A stretch of DNA of 64,000 nucleotides, taken from assembly GCA_963727505.1 (NCBI GenBank), contig CAVSGP010000002.1:192001-256000 (forward strand), given 5' to 3'. Positions within the stretch are counted from its first letter, which is position 1, and each line of letters begins with the position of its first letter. The stretch is from an uncultured Trueperaceae bacterium (GTDB lineage Bacteria; Deinococcota; Deinococci; Deinococcales; Trueperaceae). Positions 1-9,733 of this stretch are shown piece after piece. The translations under genes were made by a program, and so were the position numbers. The notes under the pieces were generated by a model. That model ran no database searches, was not told the origin of the DNA, and was given only the letters and a program-made list of their open reading frames with translations.

Positions 1-83
1 GACGTTCCGTCGTCGAGGCCGAGACCTTCGCGATGGGGTGCACCGTCAAGTGGAAGCCGGGCAACTTTCCCGAGGTGGCCTGA
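1..83 (+). CDS. 3' end of a thioredoxin/AhpC-TSA (peroxiredoxin-like) family protein, partial
   Basis: The frame from base 3 reads ...ETFAMGCTVKWKPGNFPEVA*; GCxxKW is the typical C-terminal motif of this family. Confidence 0.65.
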   Translation, partial: RSVVEAETFAMGCTVKWKPGNFPEVA

Positions 84-168
84 GGATCGGCGGTCATGCC
101 GGAATCGACCGGGACCGCCAACGCGCCCACGAGCGCGTAGCGAACGGAGCGTCATGGGAGACACGATC

Positions 169-648
169 ATGCGAGACAACGTCATCCGCCAGCAACTCGA
201 GGGGCTGGTGCGCGGGGAGGGCGCGCACGTGAGCGTCGACGGGTCGCTCGAGGGGCTCCCCGAGGCGCTCCGCGGGCGCGTGCCCGACGGCCTGGCCCAC
301 AGCGCCTGGCAACTGCTCGAGCACATGCGCATCGCCCAGGAGGACCTGCTCCAGTACGCGCTCGATCCCGATTGGACGTCGCCGTCTTGGCCCGACGGCT
401 ACTGGCCGGCCGACCCGCGGCCGGCCTCGGACGCCGCCTGGCAGGACAGCGTGCGCGCCTTCGAGCGTGGACGCGAACTGGCGCTCTCGCTGGTGCGCGA
501 CGCCGAGCGGGACCTCACCGCGCCCCTGGCGCACACGCCCGGGCACACGCTGCTGCGCCAGCTCCTGCTGCTCGCCGACCACAACGCCTACCATGGCGCC
601 CAGCTCGTCGACGTCCGGCGCGCGCTGGGGGCGTGGCCGCCCGCCTGA
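169..648 (+). CDS. DinB family protein
   Basis: AHxxx...HSAWQLLEHMRIAQ...YWP...ADHNAYH His motifs; GGGAG RBS before ATG169 (ATG154 is an alternative). Confidence 0.85.
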   Translation: MRDNVIRQQLEGLVRGEGAHVSVDGSLEGLPEALRGRVPDGLAHSAWQLLEHMRIAQEDLLQYALDPDWTSPSWPDGYWPADPRPASDAAWQDSVRAFERGRELALSLVRDAERDLTAPLAHTPGHTLLRQLLLLADHNAYHGAQLVDVRRALGAWPPA

Positions 649-705
649 TCGAACGCGCCGGATCACACCCTACGGATCACACCTGCCGCATCAAGACCTG
701 CCGCA

Positions 706-2394
706 TCAGACCTGGAAGACCCCTACGCGGAACGGCGGCGGCTCGCTGTCCAGAGCGCATGCCTCCAGCGCCCGGATGAGGCGGTGCCGCAGTTCGAGCG
801 GCATCACAACGGCGTCGACCCACAGCCGAGCCGCACCGTAGCGGATATCGAGGGCATGCTCGTAGCCGGCGCGGATGCGCTCGAAGAGCTCAGCCAGGGT
901 GTCCTCGTCGGGCTCGGTGCCGGCGCGAGCGAGCTGTGCCGCCTGGATGTCGAGGATGGTCTTGGCCGCCTGCTGACCGCCCATCACGGCGTAGCGCGCA
1001 CTCGGCAGCGCGAACAGGAAGCGTGGCGCGTAGGCCTTGCCGCTCATGGCGTAGTGCCCGGCGCCGTAGGAACCTCCGAGGATGACGCTGAGGCGAGGCA
1101 CGACGCTGTTGCTGACCGCGTTGACCAGCTTGGCGCCGCGCCGGATGATGCCGTCCTGCTCGCTGTCGACCCCCACCATGAAACCGTTGACGTCGTGCAG
1201 GAACACGATGGGGATGCCCATCTGGTTGCAGTTGAGCACGAAGCGCGCTGCCTTGTCGGCCGCCTCGGCGTAGATGACACCGCCGACCTCGAGCCGGCCG
1301 CGGTTCTTCACCACCCGCTTCTGGTTCGCCACGATCCCCACCGGGAAACCACCCAGACGGGCGGTGCCGCACACCAGGGTGCGGCCGTAGCGTGCCTTGT
1401 ACTCGTCGAACTCCGCTCCGTCGACGAGGCGGGCGATGATCTCGCGGGTCTCGTAGGGCTGGCTCCCGCCGTCGACCGGCAGCAGGCCCTCGAGGTCCTC
1501 GGCCTTCTCGGCCGGCTCCACGCTCTCGCGCCGGTCGCGCGCCCAGGCGGCCAGGGGACGTGGTGCGTAGCTCGCGGCGAGCCGGCGCAGGCGCAGCAGG
1601 GCATGGGCGTCGTCGGGTTCGAGGAAGTCGACCGTGCCCGACACCTCGGCGTGCATCACGGCACCGCCCAGATCCTCGCTCGACACCGTCTGGCCGATCG
1701 CCGCCTTCACCAACGCCGGCCCGGCCAGGTAGAGGCCGGAGCCTTCGGTCATGACCAGGGTGTCGCACATGACCGGCAGGTAGGCCCCGCCGGCCACGCA
1801 GTTTCCCATGATGGCCGCCATCTGCGGGATGCCTAGCGCGCTCATGCGCGCGTTGAGGTAGAACACACGACCGAAGTCGTCCTGGTCAGGGAAGATCTCG
1901 TCCTGCATGGGAAGGTAGACCCCGGCGGAGTCCACCAGATAGACCGTCGGAAGGCGGTTCTCGAGCGCGATCGTCTGGGCCCGGATCACCTTCTTGGCGG
2001 TGATCGGGAAGAACGCGCCGGCCTTGACGGTGGCGTCGTTGGCGACCACCATCCAGGGGCGGCCGTCGATGCTTCCGATCCCCGTCACCACGCCCCCGCC
2101 GGGCGCGCCGCCCTCGGCCTGGTACATCTCCCAGCCGGCGAAGGTCATCAGCTCGTCGAAGGGAGCGCCGTCGTCGAGCAGCTTCGCCACACGCTCGCGC
2201 GCCGTCCACCGGCCCTTGTCGTGCTGGCGCTTGCGCGCCTTGAGCCCGCCACCTTCCGCGACCGCCGCACGCTGCTCGAGGAGCGTCGCGCCCGCCTCCT
2301 TCCAGTCCTTGCGGTTGGGGCGGTAGGGGGAGCGACGGCGGTCCTCCAGCGTGATCTCCGTAGCGATGCGATAGGACGCGCGTTTGCCGCGCAC
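706..2394 (-). CDS. Acyl-CoA carboxylase carboxyltransferase (beta) subunit, methylcrotonyl-CoA carboxylase-like
   Basis: NDATVKAG, LVDSAG, GNCVAGGAY, AGPALVKAA, GFMVG and GGSYGAG motifs. Start codon uncertain. Confidence 0.92.
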   Translation of the reverse strand: MRGKRASYRIATEITLEDRRRSPYRPNRKDWKEAGATLLEQRAAVAEGGGLKARKRQHDKGRWTARERVAKLLDDGAPFDELMTFAGWEMYQAEGGAPGGGVVTGIGSIDGRPWMVVANDATVKAGAFFPITAKKVIRAQTIALENRLPTVYLVDSAGVYLPMQDEIFPDQDDFGRVFYLNARMSALGIPQMAAIMGNCVAGGAYLPVMCDTLVMTEGSGLYLAGPALVKAAIGQTVSSEDLGGAVMHAEVSGTVDFLEPDDAHALLRLRRLAASYAPRPLAAWARDRRESVEPAEKAEDLEGLLPVDGGSQPYETREIIARLVDGAEFDEYKARYGRTLVCGTARLGGFPVGIVANQKRVVKNRGRLEVGGVIYAEAADKAARFVLNCNQMGIPIVFLHDVNGFMVGVDSEQDGIIRRGAKLVNAVSNSVVPRLSVILGGSYGAGHYAMSGKAYAPRFLFALPSARYAVMGGQQAAKTILDIQAAQLARAGTEPDEDTLAELFERIRAGYEHALDIRYGAARLWVDAVVMPLELRHRLIRALEACALDSEPPPFRVGVFQV

Positions 2395-2395
2395 G

Positions 2396-2704
2396 TTAAC
2401 GGACGTGGGTTGCCAGGACCACCAACAGGCCGCCGCCCGCGTTCTCCAGATGGTGGCGCGTACCGGCCGGCACGCTGACGAGTTTGCCGGTGCCCACGCG
2501 GTCGCTGCCGGCGTCGTGACGGAGCAGCACCTCGCCCTCGAGCACCTGGTACAGGCAGCTCGCGTCGTACGTGTGGTCCTCGTCGCGTTGCCCCGCCTCG
2601 AAGCAGTGCAGCGTCACGCTCAGGTCCCCTTCCGTCACCAACTCGCGGTTCTGGACGGTGTCGAGCGAGAAACGGCGAGCGTCGGCGATGGTCACGATGT
2701 TCAC
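2396..2704 (-). CDS. Cupin domain protein
   Basis: HT..xxYQVLEGE and VPAGTRHHLEN cupin motifs; GGGAGG RBS. Confidence 0.8.
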   Translation of the reverse strand: MNIVTIADARRFSLDTVQNRELVTEGDLSVTLHCFEAGQRDEDHTYDASCLYQVLEGEVLLRHDAGSDRVGTGKLVSVPAGTRHHLENAGGGLLVVLATHVR

Positions 2705-2792
2705 GGTGCTAGACCTCCCTCAGGTCCCTGCGTCCGGCCCACGTCCCCCGTGGTGCCGGAATTGCGCCCTGGTCGACGACCATTGTGCGCTG

Positions 2793-2998
2793 TGTGGATA
2801 ACCAATGCAATCTGTGGATAACTCGGGTCCCTTGACAAGACCCCGGAAGGTCTGGTAAATGCTCCGCGCATTCCGCCGGACGGAGAAAGAACGTTCTGGA
2901 CGCCCTTTCTGACACCTCGCCCGCCAGCATCGGGCTCTCCGACGCGCACGCGGCACTTCTCCACATGCTTGTGGAGAACTCCGCTCGCCTGTGGAAAA
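2793..2998. promoter_or_regulatory. Cluster of five DnaA boxes
   Basis: Perfect TGTGGATAA at 2793-2801 and 2813-2821; one-mismatch boxes TTCTCCACA 2957-2965, TGTGGAGAA 2970-2978 and TGTGGAAAA 2990-2998. Confidence 0.8.
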
Positions 2999-3006
2999 GG
3001 TTGCCT

Positions 3007-3621
3007 TCACGCCTCACGCACGGCCTGGACGAAGGCCCGGACACGCTCGGCGTCCTTGATGCCTGGCTCCGACTCCACCCCGGAGGCGACGTCGACGGCG
3101 TACGGGCGCAGCGCCCGCACCCCCTCCCCCACCGTTCCCGGGTCGAGGCCGCCGGCCAGCACCAGCCGCGGGTGCCCTCGCCAGGACCCGGCGTCCGCCC
3201 AGCGGAAGGGCCGCCCCGATCCCGGCGTGGGAGCGTCGAGCAGGAACGCATCGGCCGGGTAGTCCTCCAGCGATGCGGGGGTGAGGTTCGGCTCGAACGC
3301 CATCGCCCGGACCACCATCACGTCGCCCCGCAGCGCCGCAGCGTAGCTGGCGGGCTCGTCGCCGTGGAGTTGCACGGCCCCCAGCTTGAGGCGGTGCACG
3401 GCGGCGCGCACGGTGTCGAGCGGCGCGTCCACGAACACCCCGACGCGCGTGATGAAGGGGCCGAGGCCCGACACGATGCCGGCAGCGGCCGCCAGGCTGA
3501 CCCTGCGCTTGGAGCGCTCGGCGAAGATCAGGCCGACCGCGTCGGCTCCCGCTCGTTCGGCTGCACGCGCGTCCTCGGCCCGCGTGATGCCGCAGATCTT
3601 GATCCGTACACGCCCGTCCAT
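3007..3621 (-). CDS. trpF: Phosphoribosylanthranilate isomerase
   Basis: RIKICGIT, ADAVGLIF, VGVFVD, VQLHGDE, LAGGL and VDVASGVE motifs in the last 204 aa of the 3007..5481 ORF. Confidence 0.95.
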   Translation of the reverse strand: MDGRVRIKICGITRAEDARAAERAGADAVGLIFAERSKRRVSLAAAAGIVSGLGPFITRVGVFVDAPLDTVRAAVHRLKLGAVQLHGDEPASYAAALRGDVMVVRAMAFEPNLTPASLEDYPADAFLLDAPTPGSGRPFRWADAGSWRGHPRLVLAGGLDPGTVGEGVRALRPYAVDVASGVESEPGIKDAERVRAFVQAVREA

Positions 3622-3647
3622 GGCTCCATTATGGTCCCGCCCCGCCA

Positions 3648-5162
3648 TCATGCCCGTCCGTAGCCCGCGACCACCTCGACGCTCACGCCGAGCGACGCAG
3701 CCATGAGGTCGGAGCGGGCGGCGGCCTCCCGGATCTCGATCTCGGCGTCGCCGTCGGCGAGCGCCTCCACCTGTAGGTAGCCAGCGCCCAGGTGGCAGCG
3801 CACGGCGCGCACGCGCTGCGCTTTGCTGCGCTCCAGGTACTCCGCCAGTCGCAGCATTCCGGCCAGGCGCGCGAGCCGGTCCAGGTCGCCCTCCTCGAGG
3901 ACGACACCGTAGCCCTGGTCGCCAGGGGAGCCACGACGGTGATAACGCACCAGCAGGGCGACGAGCACCTGCTCGCGGTGACTGAACCCGGGCATGGCAC
4001 GCCCCATCACCAGATACATGCCGTGCTTGTGGTGAGCGTAGTAGTCCACCGCCATGCCGATGTCGTGCACCAGCGCGGCGGCCGCCAGCAACGCGCGCTC
4101 CCACGCGCCCATGCCGTGAAGGCTCGCGAGCTGGTCGAAGAGCTGCAGCGCAAGGTGACGCACGTGCAGGTTGTGCGGTGCGTTGTCGTAGTACTCCCGC
4201 ATCAGGTTGAGGGCGCTGAACTCTCGCACGTCGGGAGCGAGATGGTCTCCCTTCGGGAACAGGAAGGGGTAGAACAGCCCCTCGCGCAGGCCCTGCCCGC
4301 TGATGCTCACCTCGTCGACCTTCAGCGCGGCCAACGCCTCGGCGATCACGACGCCGCCGGCCACGATGATGTCCGCCCGGTCGCGGTTGAGGCCCTTGAC
4401 GTCGCGGCGCCGCTGCAACGGCCGGCGCGCCAGGTCCGCCACCAGCTCCTCCAACACCTCGCGCTGCAGGCGGTAACCGTGCAGCAGGTCGGGCCGATAG
4501 TCGGTGCGCGACTGCACGATGTTGGCGAGGTTGCGCACGGTCCCACCCATACCCACCACCGGCAGGCCCGCCGGCAACTCGGCGAGCCGAGGCGCCAGCT
4601 GCTCGCGGACGTGCTGCCGCAACGCCTTGAGCTCGCGGCTCCTGGGCGGGTCGCTGGTGAGGAAGGCCTCGGTGGTGCGCACCGCGCCCAGCGGCAGGGC
4701 GCCGCCCTGCTCGAAGCGGCGCTCGCGCAGCCGGCTGAGCTGCATGCTGCCGCCCCCGAGATCGAAGACGACGGCGTCCTGAACGTCGAAACTGTTGGCG
4801 ACCGCGAGCGCCCCGTACTCCGCTTCCTGATGGCCGGTGAGGACCTCGAGCTCGACCCCGGCTCGCTGTCGCGCCGCTTCGACGAACGCCTCGCCGTTGA
4901 CGGCGGCGCGCACTGCACTGGTAGCAGTGGCGCGCAGATCGTCGATGCCGACGGCGTCGCAGTAGCCTCGGAACGTGCGGAGCGCCTCCAGGCCGCGCTC
5001 GAACGGCTCGGCGCGGAGGATGCGCGAAGGCCCCATCCCCTCGGACAACCGCACCACCTCCCGCAGCTCGTCGAGCAGCTGGAAACGGTAGTCGGCGCGA
5101 TAGAGCAGCACCACCAGGCGGGCGGTATTGCTGCCGAGATCGATGATGCCGACGCTGCGCAC
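3648..5162 (-). CDS. ppx: Ppx/GppA family exopolyphosphatase with C-terminal HD domain
   Basis: IDLGSNT, ATSAVR, DLGGGS, GGTVRN, GLREG and LVHDIG..HHKH motifs. Confidence 0.93.
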   Translation of the reverse strand: MRSVGIIDLGSNTARLVVLLYRADYRFQLLDELREVVRLSEGMGPSRILRAEPFERGLEALRTFRGYCDAVGIDDLRATATSAVRAAVNGEAFVEAARQRAGVELEVLTGHQEAEYGALAVANSFDVQDAVVFDLGGGSMQLSRLRERRFEQGGALPLGAVRTTEAFLTSDPPRSRELKALRQHVREQLAPRLAELPAGLPVVGMGGTVRNLANIVQSRTDYRPDLLHGYRLQREVLEELVADLARRPLQRRRDVKGLNRDRADIIVAGGVVIAEALAALKVDEVSISGQGLREGLFYPFLFPKGDHLAPDVREFSALNLMREYYDNAPHNLHVRHLALQLFDQLASLHGMGAWERALLAAAALVHDIGMAVDYYAHHKHGMYLVMGRAMPGFSHREQVLVALLVRYHRRGSPGDQGYGVVLEEGDLDRLARLAGMLRLAEYLERSKAQRVRAVRCHLGAGYLQVEALADGDAEIEIREAAARSDLMAASLGVSVEVVAGYGRA

Positions 5163-5224
5163 GAAGGCAGTATGGCACGCGTCGCGAACCCGGCCGGCCC
5201 CGCCGGGGCGGGCCGAGCGCGATG

Positions 5225-5584
5225 TCAGAGGACGTCGCGCAGGTGCTCGAGGCGGGCCGCGCCTTCTTCTCCGAGCACCACGATGGCGTCGAAGCGCGTG
5301 CGCACGTCGGGATCGCCGAGGCGCCTCGCCAGGTAGTGGCGCGCCGTTCGCCGCAAGCGCTCGAGCTTGCGGCGATCGAGGGTCTCGGCTGGATGCCCGT
5401 AGCGTTCGCTGCGACGCTGGCGCACTTCGACGAAAACGACCGTGGCGCCGTCGCGGACGATGAGATCGATCTCGCCGGCACGCACGGCGTAGTTGGTCTC
5501 CAGCACCACCCAGCCCAGGCCTTCCAGGTGGCGCCGAGCGAGTGCCTCGGCCCAGTGCCGCAGCGGTGCCTCCCCGGGCGCCAA
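5225..5584 (-). CDS. yraN: YraN (UPF0102) family putative nuclease
   Basis: E..A..HL..GW.VLETNY...GEIDLIVRDG..VVFVEVR..RFD motif; probable TTG start at 5584. Confidence 0.88.
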   Translation of the reverse strand: MAPGEAPLRHWAEALARRHLEGLGWVVLETNYAVRAGEIDLIVRDGATVVFVEVRQRRSERYGHPAETLDRRKLERLRRTARHYLARRLGDPDVRTRFDAIVVLGEEGAARLEHLRDVL

Positions 5585-5592
5585 GATCCGCC

Positions 5593-5979
5593 TCAGGCGG
5601 GCGTGACCTGCACCCGACGCGCGTCGGCCCAGAGTCCCTCGATGTCGTAGAAGGAGCGGGCCTCGGGGCTCATGATGTGAGCGACGATGCCACCGAAGTC
5701 GATGAGGACCCAGCGGTCGCTGGGGCCCTCCACGCCGCGCGGGGGGAAGCCGTGCTGCTTGAGGCGCTCCCGCACGGCGTCCTCCAGCGCGCGAAGCTGG
5801 AGGTGCGACTCCCCGGTGGCGACGATGAAGTAATCGAGCGTGGCCGAGACCTCGGTGAGGTCCAGCACGACGATGTCCTTGGCGCGGCGGTCGTCGAGCG
5901 CATCGACGATGAGCTGCACCTCCTGCGGTACGGCGGTACTCTTCTGCAACGTCCCTCCCTCGCTGGCGGGCCCGGTCAT
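5593..5979 (-). CDS. rsfS: Ribosome silencing factor
   Basis: KDIVVLDL, DYFIVATG, WVLIDFG and R.FYDIEGLW motifs; ATGA overlap with the LCP gene. TTG at 5949 is an alternative start. Confidence 0.93.
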   Translation of the reverse strand: MTGPASEGGTLQKSTAVPQEVQLIVDALDDRRAKDIVVLDLTEVSATLDYFIVATGESHLQLRALEDAVRERLKQHGFPPRGVEGPSDRWVLIDFGGIVAHIMSPEARSFYDIEGLWADARRVQVTPA

Positions 5980-7289
5980 CGGGCGCTCGCCGCCTGTGCC
6001 ACGTCCACCCCGGTGGGGACCATGGTCGTGGCGTCCGTGCCGAGCACGAGCTCCAGGTCCACGGAGCGCCCCCGATAGGCGTCGAGATGGTCCACCTGTT
6101 GCTTGCTGGCGTGGAGCAGCGAGGCGTAGTACTCGGCATCTCGCCAGCCGGGCAGCGTCGCCAGCAGCCGGCTGGGCGTCGGGTCGACCGTGCCCTCTTC
6201 GCGGACCAGGATATCCTTCGCGGGCACCCCCATCGCCTCCAAACGCTTCTGGAACCACGCGCCGAGTTGCGGCGTGCCGCTCCGGTTGGTGATCAGAAGC
6301 GTCGCCGTCGGCGCCTGGCTGAAGGTGCGCGGCGTGCCACCGAAGGTGTCGGCAAGGAAGTGGTTGACCTGTTGCGGATCGACCTTCAGCACCGTGCCGA
6401 CGTCCGGGATCTCGACCTCCTCGGTGGGCAGGGTGGCGGTCTCCTTGAGCTGCAAGCTGCCTACGCGCGACGCGAGTTGGCGCGCCAGCGCGGGGCTGGC
6501 GTTGGTCTGTACATCCTGGAAGAAGGTGTCGACCAGACCCGGGACCTTGGTGACCGCCCGCACGTTCAGCTCCTTCACCTTCGCCATCAGGGCGTAGGCG
6601 AGGCGTTTGACGTTGTCGAGGCGATCGATGTCGCCGCGCAAGGTGTGGCGGTAACGCACGAAGTCGGCCGCCTGCTGCCCGTCGATATGCTGTGGGCCGG
6701 CGGAGAAGTGGATGTGCAGGTTGCCCGCGTTGTCGTCGTAGTTCATGGCGTACGGCACGTTGACGTTCACGCCTCCCAGGGCGTCGACCAGGTGCTTGAA
6801 GATATCGAGCTTGATGATGGCGTAGTAGTCGACCGGTACTCCCAGGATCGCCGACACCCTGCGCCGCAGCGCGTCGGGCCCCCCGCGCGCGAACACGCCG
6901 TTGATGCGGTAGCCGGCGTCGGACAGCCAGATGTCGCGCGGAAGCGCGATCATGGTGATGGCGTCGCCGGTGATGTCGACGTAGAGGATGGTGTCGGTAT
7001 TGATGCCGGCGGTGCTGCGCGTGCCCTTGTAGTTCCAACCGACGATCGTCCCGCCCTTGCCGTAGATCGGATCGGCCTCGGCCTTGGAGTAGAAGATGTC
7101 GCGGCCGGCGACCACGAAGCTGACGTGGAAGGCGTTGCCCTTGATTCCCAGGAGTTGGCGCTGCTCGCGGCTGAGCGGCGAGCGGTGCACGTCGCGGGTC
7201 AACCAGTAACCCGCCAGACCGGCCAGGGCGAGGAGCACACCGGCCAGCATGAGGATACGCGCGTTACGAACGGTCAACAATCTGCTCAT
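5976..7289 (-). CDS. LCP (LytR/CpsA/Psr) family cell-envelope phosphotransferase with LytR_C-like tail
   Basis: N-terminal TM helix; NTDTIL, LPRD, LVDALGGV, VRYR and GDIDR motifs. Confidence 0.9.
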   Translation of the reverse strand: MSRLLTVRNARILMLAGVLLALAGLAGYWLTRDVHRSPLSREQRQLLGIKGNAFHVSFVVAGRDIFYSKAEADPIYGKGGTIVGWNYKGTRSTAGINTDTILYVDITGDAITMIALPRDIWLSDAGYRINGVFARGGPDALRRRVSAILGVPVDYYAIIKLDIFKHLVDALGGVNVNVPYAMNYDDNAGNLHIHFSAGPQHIDGQQAADFVRYRHTLRGDIDRLDNVKRLAYALMAKVKELNVRAVTKVPGLVDTFFQDVQTNASPALARQLASRVGSLQLKETATLPTEEVEIPDVGTVLKVDPQQVNHFLADTFGGTPRTFSQAPTATLLITNRSGTPQLGAWFQKRLEAMGVPAKDILVREEGTVDPTPSRLLATLPGWRDAEYYASLLHASKQQVDHLDAYRGRSVDLELVLGTDATTMVPTGVDVAQAASAR

Positions 7290-7860
7290 ACACCCTCAGG
7301 GTGGCGGGGTGGACGGCCTTCCCCTTGGAACGGAGATAGCGCACCTTCGAATCCACGGAGCGCGCATAGGCGGCGTCGAGATCCCTCAGGGCCAGGGCCC
7401 GGATGTCGTCGTTGACGCCCCGGCCCGGCTCGCACACGTCGGCGATATAGACGGCGACGCCGACGCGGTTGCCCGGAGCGACCCCGAAGACGTGGCCCTC
7501 GACCGCTTCCAGCACGTCCGCCTCGTGCACGCCCCAGCGCTCGGCGATGACGCGCGCGGCGCGTCCGTGCACCGACAGCGGATGCCCTTCCTCCGTGGCG
7601 TTCTCGGGCGGGGCCAGCTCGAACAGCTCCTCGGATGACAGGTCCCGCGCGGCGTCGTGCAGCACCGCGGCAAGACATACGGCTTCGATCTCGGGCGGGG
7701 TGAAGTGGTTGGCGCTGGCGATCGACTCGGCCAGCCTCGCCACGCGCAACACGTGCTGGAAGCGCTCCAAAGAGACCATCGCCCGCACCCGCACGCAGTA
7801 CGCGCTGAGCTCGGGGCGGCTGCAGAGGTCCGTTTCGGGCAGCGGGTTGGGTTCGGCCAT
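7264..7860 (-). CDS. yqeK: HD-domain Ap4A hydrolase YqeK
   Basis: RFQHVLRV, LHDAAR, HG..A, H.FG and YIADVCEPGR motifs; GAGGA RBS before ATG7860; conserved position next to LCP/rsfS. Confidence 0.88.
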   Translation of the reverse strand: MAEPNPLPETDLCSRPELSAYCVRVRAMVSLERFQHVLRVARLAESIASANHFTPPEIEAVCLAAVLHDAARDLSSEELFELAPPENATEEGHPLSVHGRAARVIAERWGVHEADVLEAVEGHVFGVAPGNRVGVAVYIADVCEPGRGVNDDIRALALRDLDAAYARSVDSKVRYLRSKGKAVHPATLRVYEQIVDRS

Positions 7861-8027
7861 CGTTCCTCGGTTCGTCGCAGGGACGGTCGCGAGCGCCTCC
7901 GAGCGCGCCCGGTCACCCCCGACCGCCGGCTGGCGGCACCGACCATTCAACCACATGAAGGTGAGAGCCTGCGGTCTGTCGGCCGACGGCGAGGGTGGGC
8001 TCGCGGCACGCCTCTGTCGAGAACCCG

Positions 8028-9314
8028 TCACCCTTCCGCGTCGGGCGTGCCTTCCCCGTGGTCTTCGGAGAAGTACTCGAACACGGCGTCGCCGATGCGC
8101 ACGTCGTCGCCGTCCCGGGCGCCCGAGCGCTTCAGCAGACGATCGATGCCGTAGGTCTTGAAGTAGCGCTGCAGATAGTTCACGGCCTCGGCGTTGGATG
8201 CATCGAAGCGGTCGACGAGCGCCTCGATCTCGCTGCCGCGGACCACCCAGCCCTCGCCGCTGGCGTCGCGGCCGACTTCCAGCGCACGGACCTCCACGCG
8301 CCGTTCCGGCGCCTCCCGGCCCACCGCTTCGGGCCGCGCGGGCAGCACCGCGAAGAGCGCCGAGACGAGGTCGCCCAGCCCCGCGCCCTCCAGCGCGGAC
8401 ACGCTCACCACCGGCAACCCGGCCGCGCTCAAGGCGCGCTCGGCTTCGGCCACCTCCGCGGGTGCCGCCAGGTCGGTCTTGTTCAGCGCCAGCAGCGCCG
8501 GCCGCTCCAGCAGCCCCGGGTCGAAGCTCACCAGCTCGCGCCGCAACGCCTCCAGCGTGGCCATGGGATCGGACGCGATATCCAGCACGAAGACGAGCAG
8601 GCGGGTCCGCGAGATATGTCGCAGGAAGTCGAGTCCCAGCCCCTTCCCGAGATGCGCGTCCTCGATGATGCCGGGGATGTCGGCGATCGTGAAGCGCTCC
8701 ATGTCCCGCTCCACCACCCCGAGGTTGGGGCTCAGCGTGGTGAACGGGTACTCCGCGATGACCGGCCGGGCGTTGGAGAGCGCGGCCAGCAGGCTCGACT
8801 TGCCGGCGTTGGGGTAGCCCACCAGCCCGACGTCCGCGATGGTCATGAGCTCGAGCCGCAACCGCCGGCGCTCCCCCGCAGTGCCGTACTCGGCGAAGCG
8901 CGGGGCCTGACGCTGGGCGCCAGCGAACGAGGCGTTGCCGCGCCCTCCTTCACCCCCTTGCGCCACCTGCACCGTCTGCCCGACCGTGATCAGGTCGGCC
9001 ACCAGCTCGCCACTGTCGAGATCGACCGCGGTGGTGCCGACGGGGACCTCGAGCACCATGTCCTCTCCGCCCTGCCCGGAGCGGTTGCGCCCCTCTCCCT
9101 GCTGACCGGTGTCCGCCTTGTAGCGACGGCGCGGCACCAACCGGTCGAGCGAGGAGACGTCGTCGATCGCCCGCAAGTAGACGCTCCCGCCGGCACCGCC
9201 GTGGCCGCCGTCGGGGCCTCCCTTGGGTATGTACTTGAGGCGCAGGAAGGACAGGGCACCGTCGCCGCCCTTGCCCCCCTCCACCGTGATGTCGAGCACG
9301 TCTCGAAAGGGCAT
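8028..9314 (-). CDS. obgE: GTPase ObgE/CgtA
   Basis: [29 protein letters not shown] and NKTD motifs plus the C-terminal OCT domain. Confidence 0.97.
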   Translation of the reverse strand: MPFRDVLDITVEGGKGGDGALSFLRLKYIPKGGPDGGHGGAGGSVYLRAIDDVSSLDRLVPRRRYKADTGQQGEGRNRSGQGGEDMVLEVPVGTTAVDLDSGELVADLITVGQTVQVAQGGEGGRGNASFAGAQRQAPRFAEYGTAGERRRLRLELMTIADVGLVGYPNAGKSSLLAALSNARPVIAEYPFTTLSPNLGVVERDMERFTIADIPGIIEDAHLGKGLGLDFLRHISRTRLLVFVLDIASDPMATLEALRRELVSFDPGLLERPALLALNKTDLAAPAEVAEAERALSAAGLPVVSVSALEGAGLGDLVSALFAVLPARPEAVGREAPERRVEVRALEVGRDASGEGWVVRGSEIEALVDRFDASNAEAVNYLQRYFKTYGIDRLLKRSGARDGDDVRIGDAVFEYFSEDHGEGTPDAEG

Positions 9315-9339
9315 CGTTCACTCCCGTAGGCCCCAGCAG

Positions 9340-9370
9340 CGTGGGCGCGGCCATGTTGGCCGCGCCCACG
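9340..9370. terminator. Perfect 14-bp hairpin between rpmA and obgE (terminator, attenuator or mRNA stabiliser)
   Basis: CGTGGGCGCGGCCA-TGT-TGGCCGCGCCCACG; no U-tract. Confidence 0.45.
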
Positions 9371-9410
9371 CACCATTTCGTCGCTCGTACCGCCGTACCG
9401 ATGGGGTCGG

Positions 9411-9710
9411 TCAGTCCGCCGGGATCGCCTCGTCCGCGCCCGACACGGCTGCCGCCTGCTCCGCCTCGATGCGGATGAAGCGGCCCTTGCGACCCTTGTC
9501 GGCGAAGCGCACCACGCCGTCTCTCAGCGCGAAGAGGGTCCAGTCGCTGCCGACGCCGACGTTCAACCCGGGCTTGAACTTGCTGCCCCGCTGCCGCACC
9601 AGGATATTGCCGGCGCTGACCACCTGTCCGTCGAAACGCTTGACGCCCAGTCGCTTCGACTGGCTGTCGCGACCGTTCTTGGAGCTGCCTACGCCTTTCT
9701 TGTGAGCCAT
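9411..9710 (-). CDS. rpmA: 50S ribosomal protein L27
   Basis: [24 protein letters not shown]; short acidic C-terminal extension. Confidence 0.98.
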   Translation of the reverse strand: MAHKKGVGSSKNGRDSQSKRLGVKRFDGQVVSAGNILVRQRGSKFKPGLNVGVGSDWTLFALRDGVVRFADKGRKGRFIRIEAEQAAAVSGADEAIPAD

Positions 9711-9733
9711 CTCGCTCTACTCCTTCGGTGTGC

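Noticed and set aside
2705..3006. oriC call
   Set aside because: DnaA boxes are present, but there is no adjacent dnaA/dnaN, AT-rich unwinding element or DnaA-trio run. Kept only as a box cluster.
3007..5481. 824-aa ORF as one large protein
   Set aside because: Only the last 204 aa are TrpF; the rest is an Arg/Pro-rich off-frame shadow of ppx and yraN.
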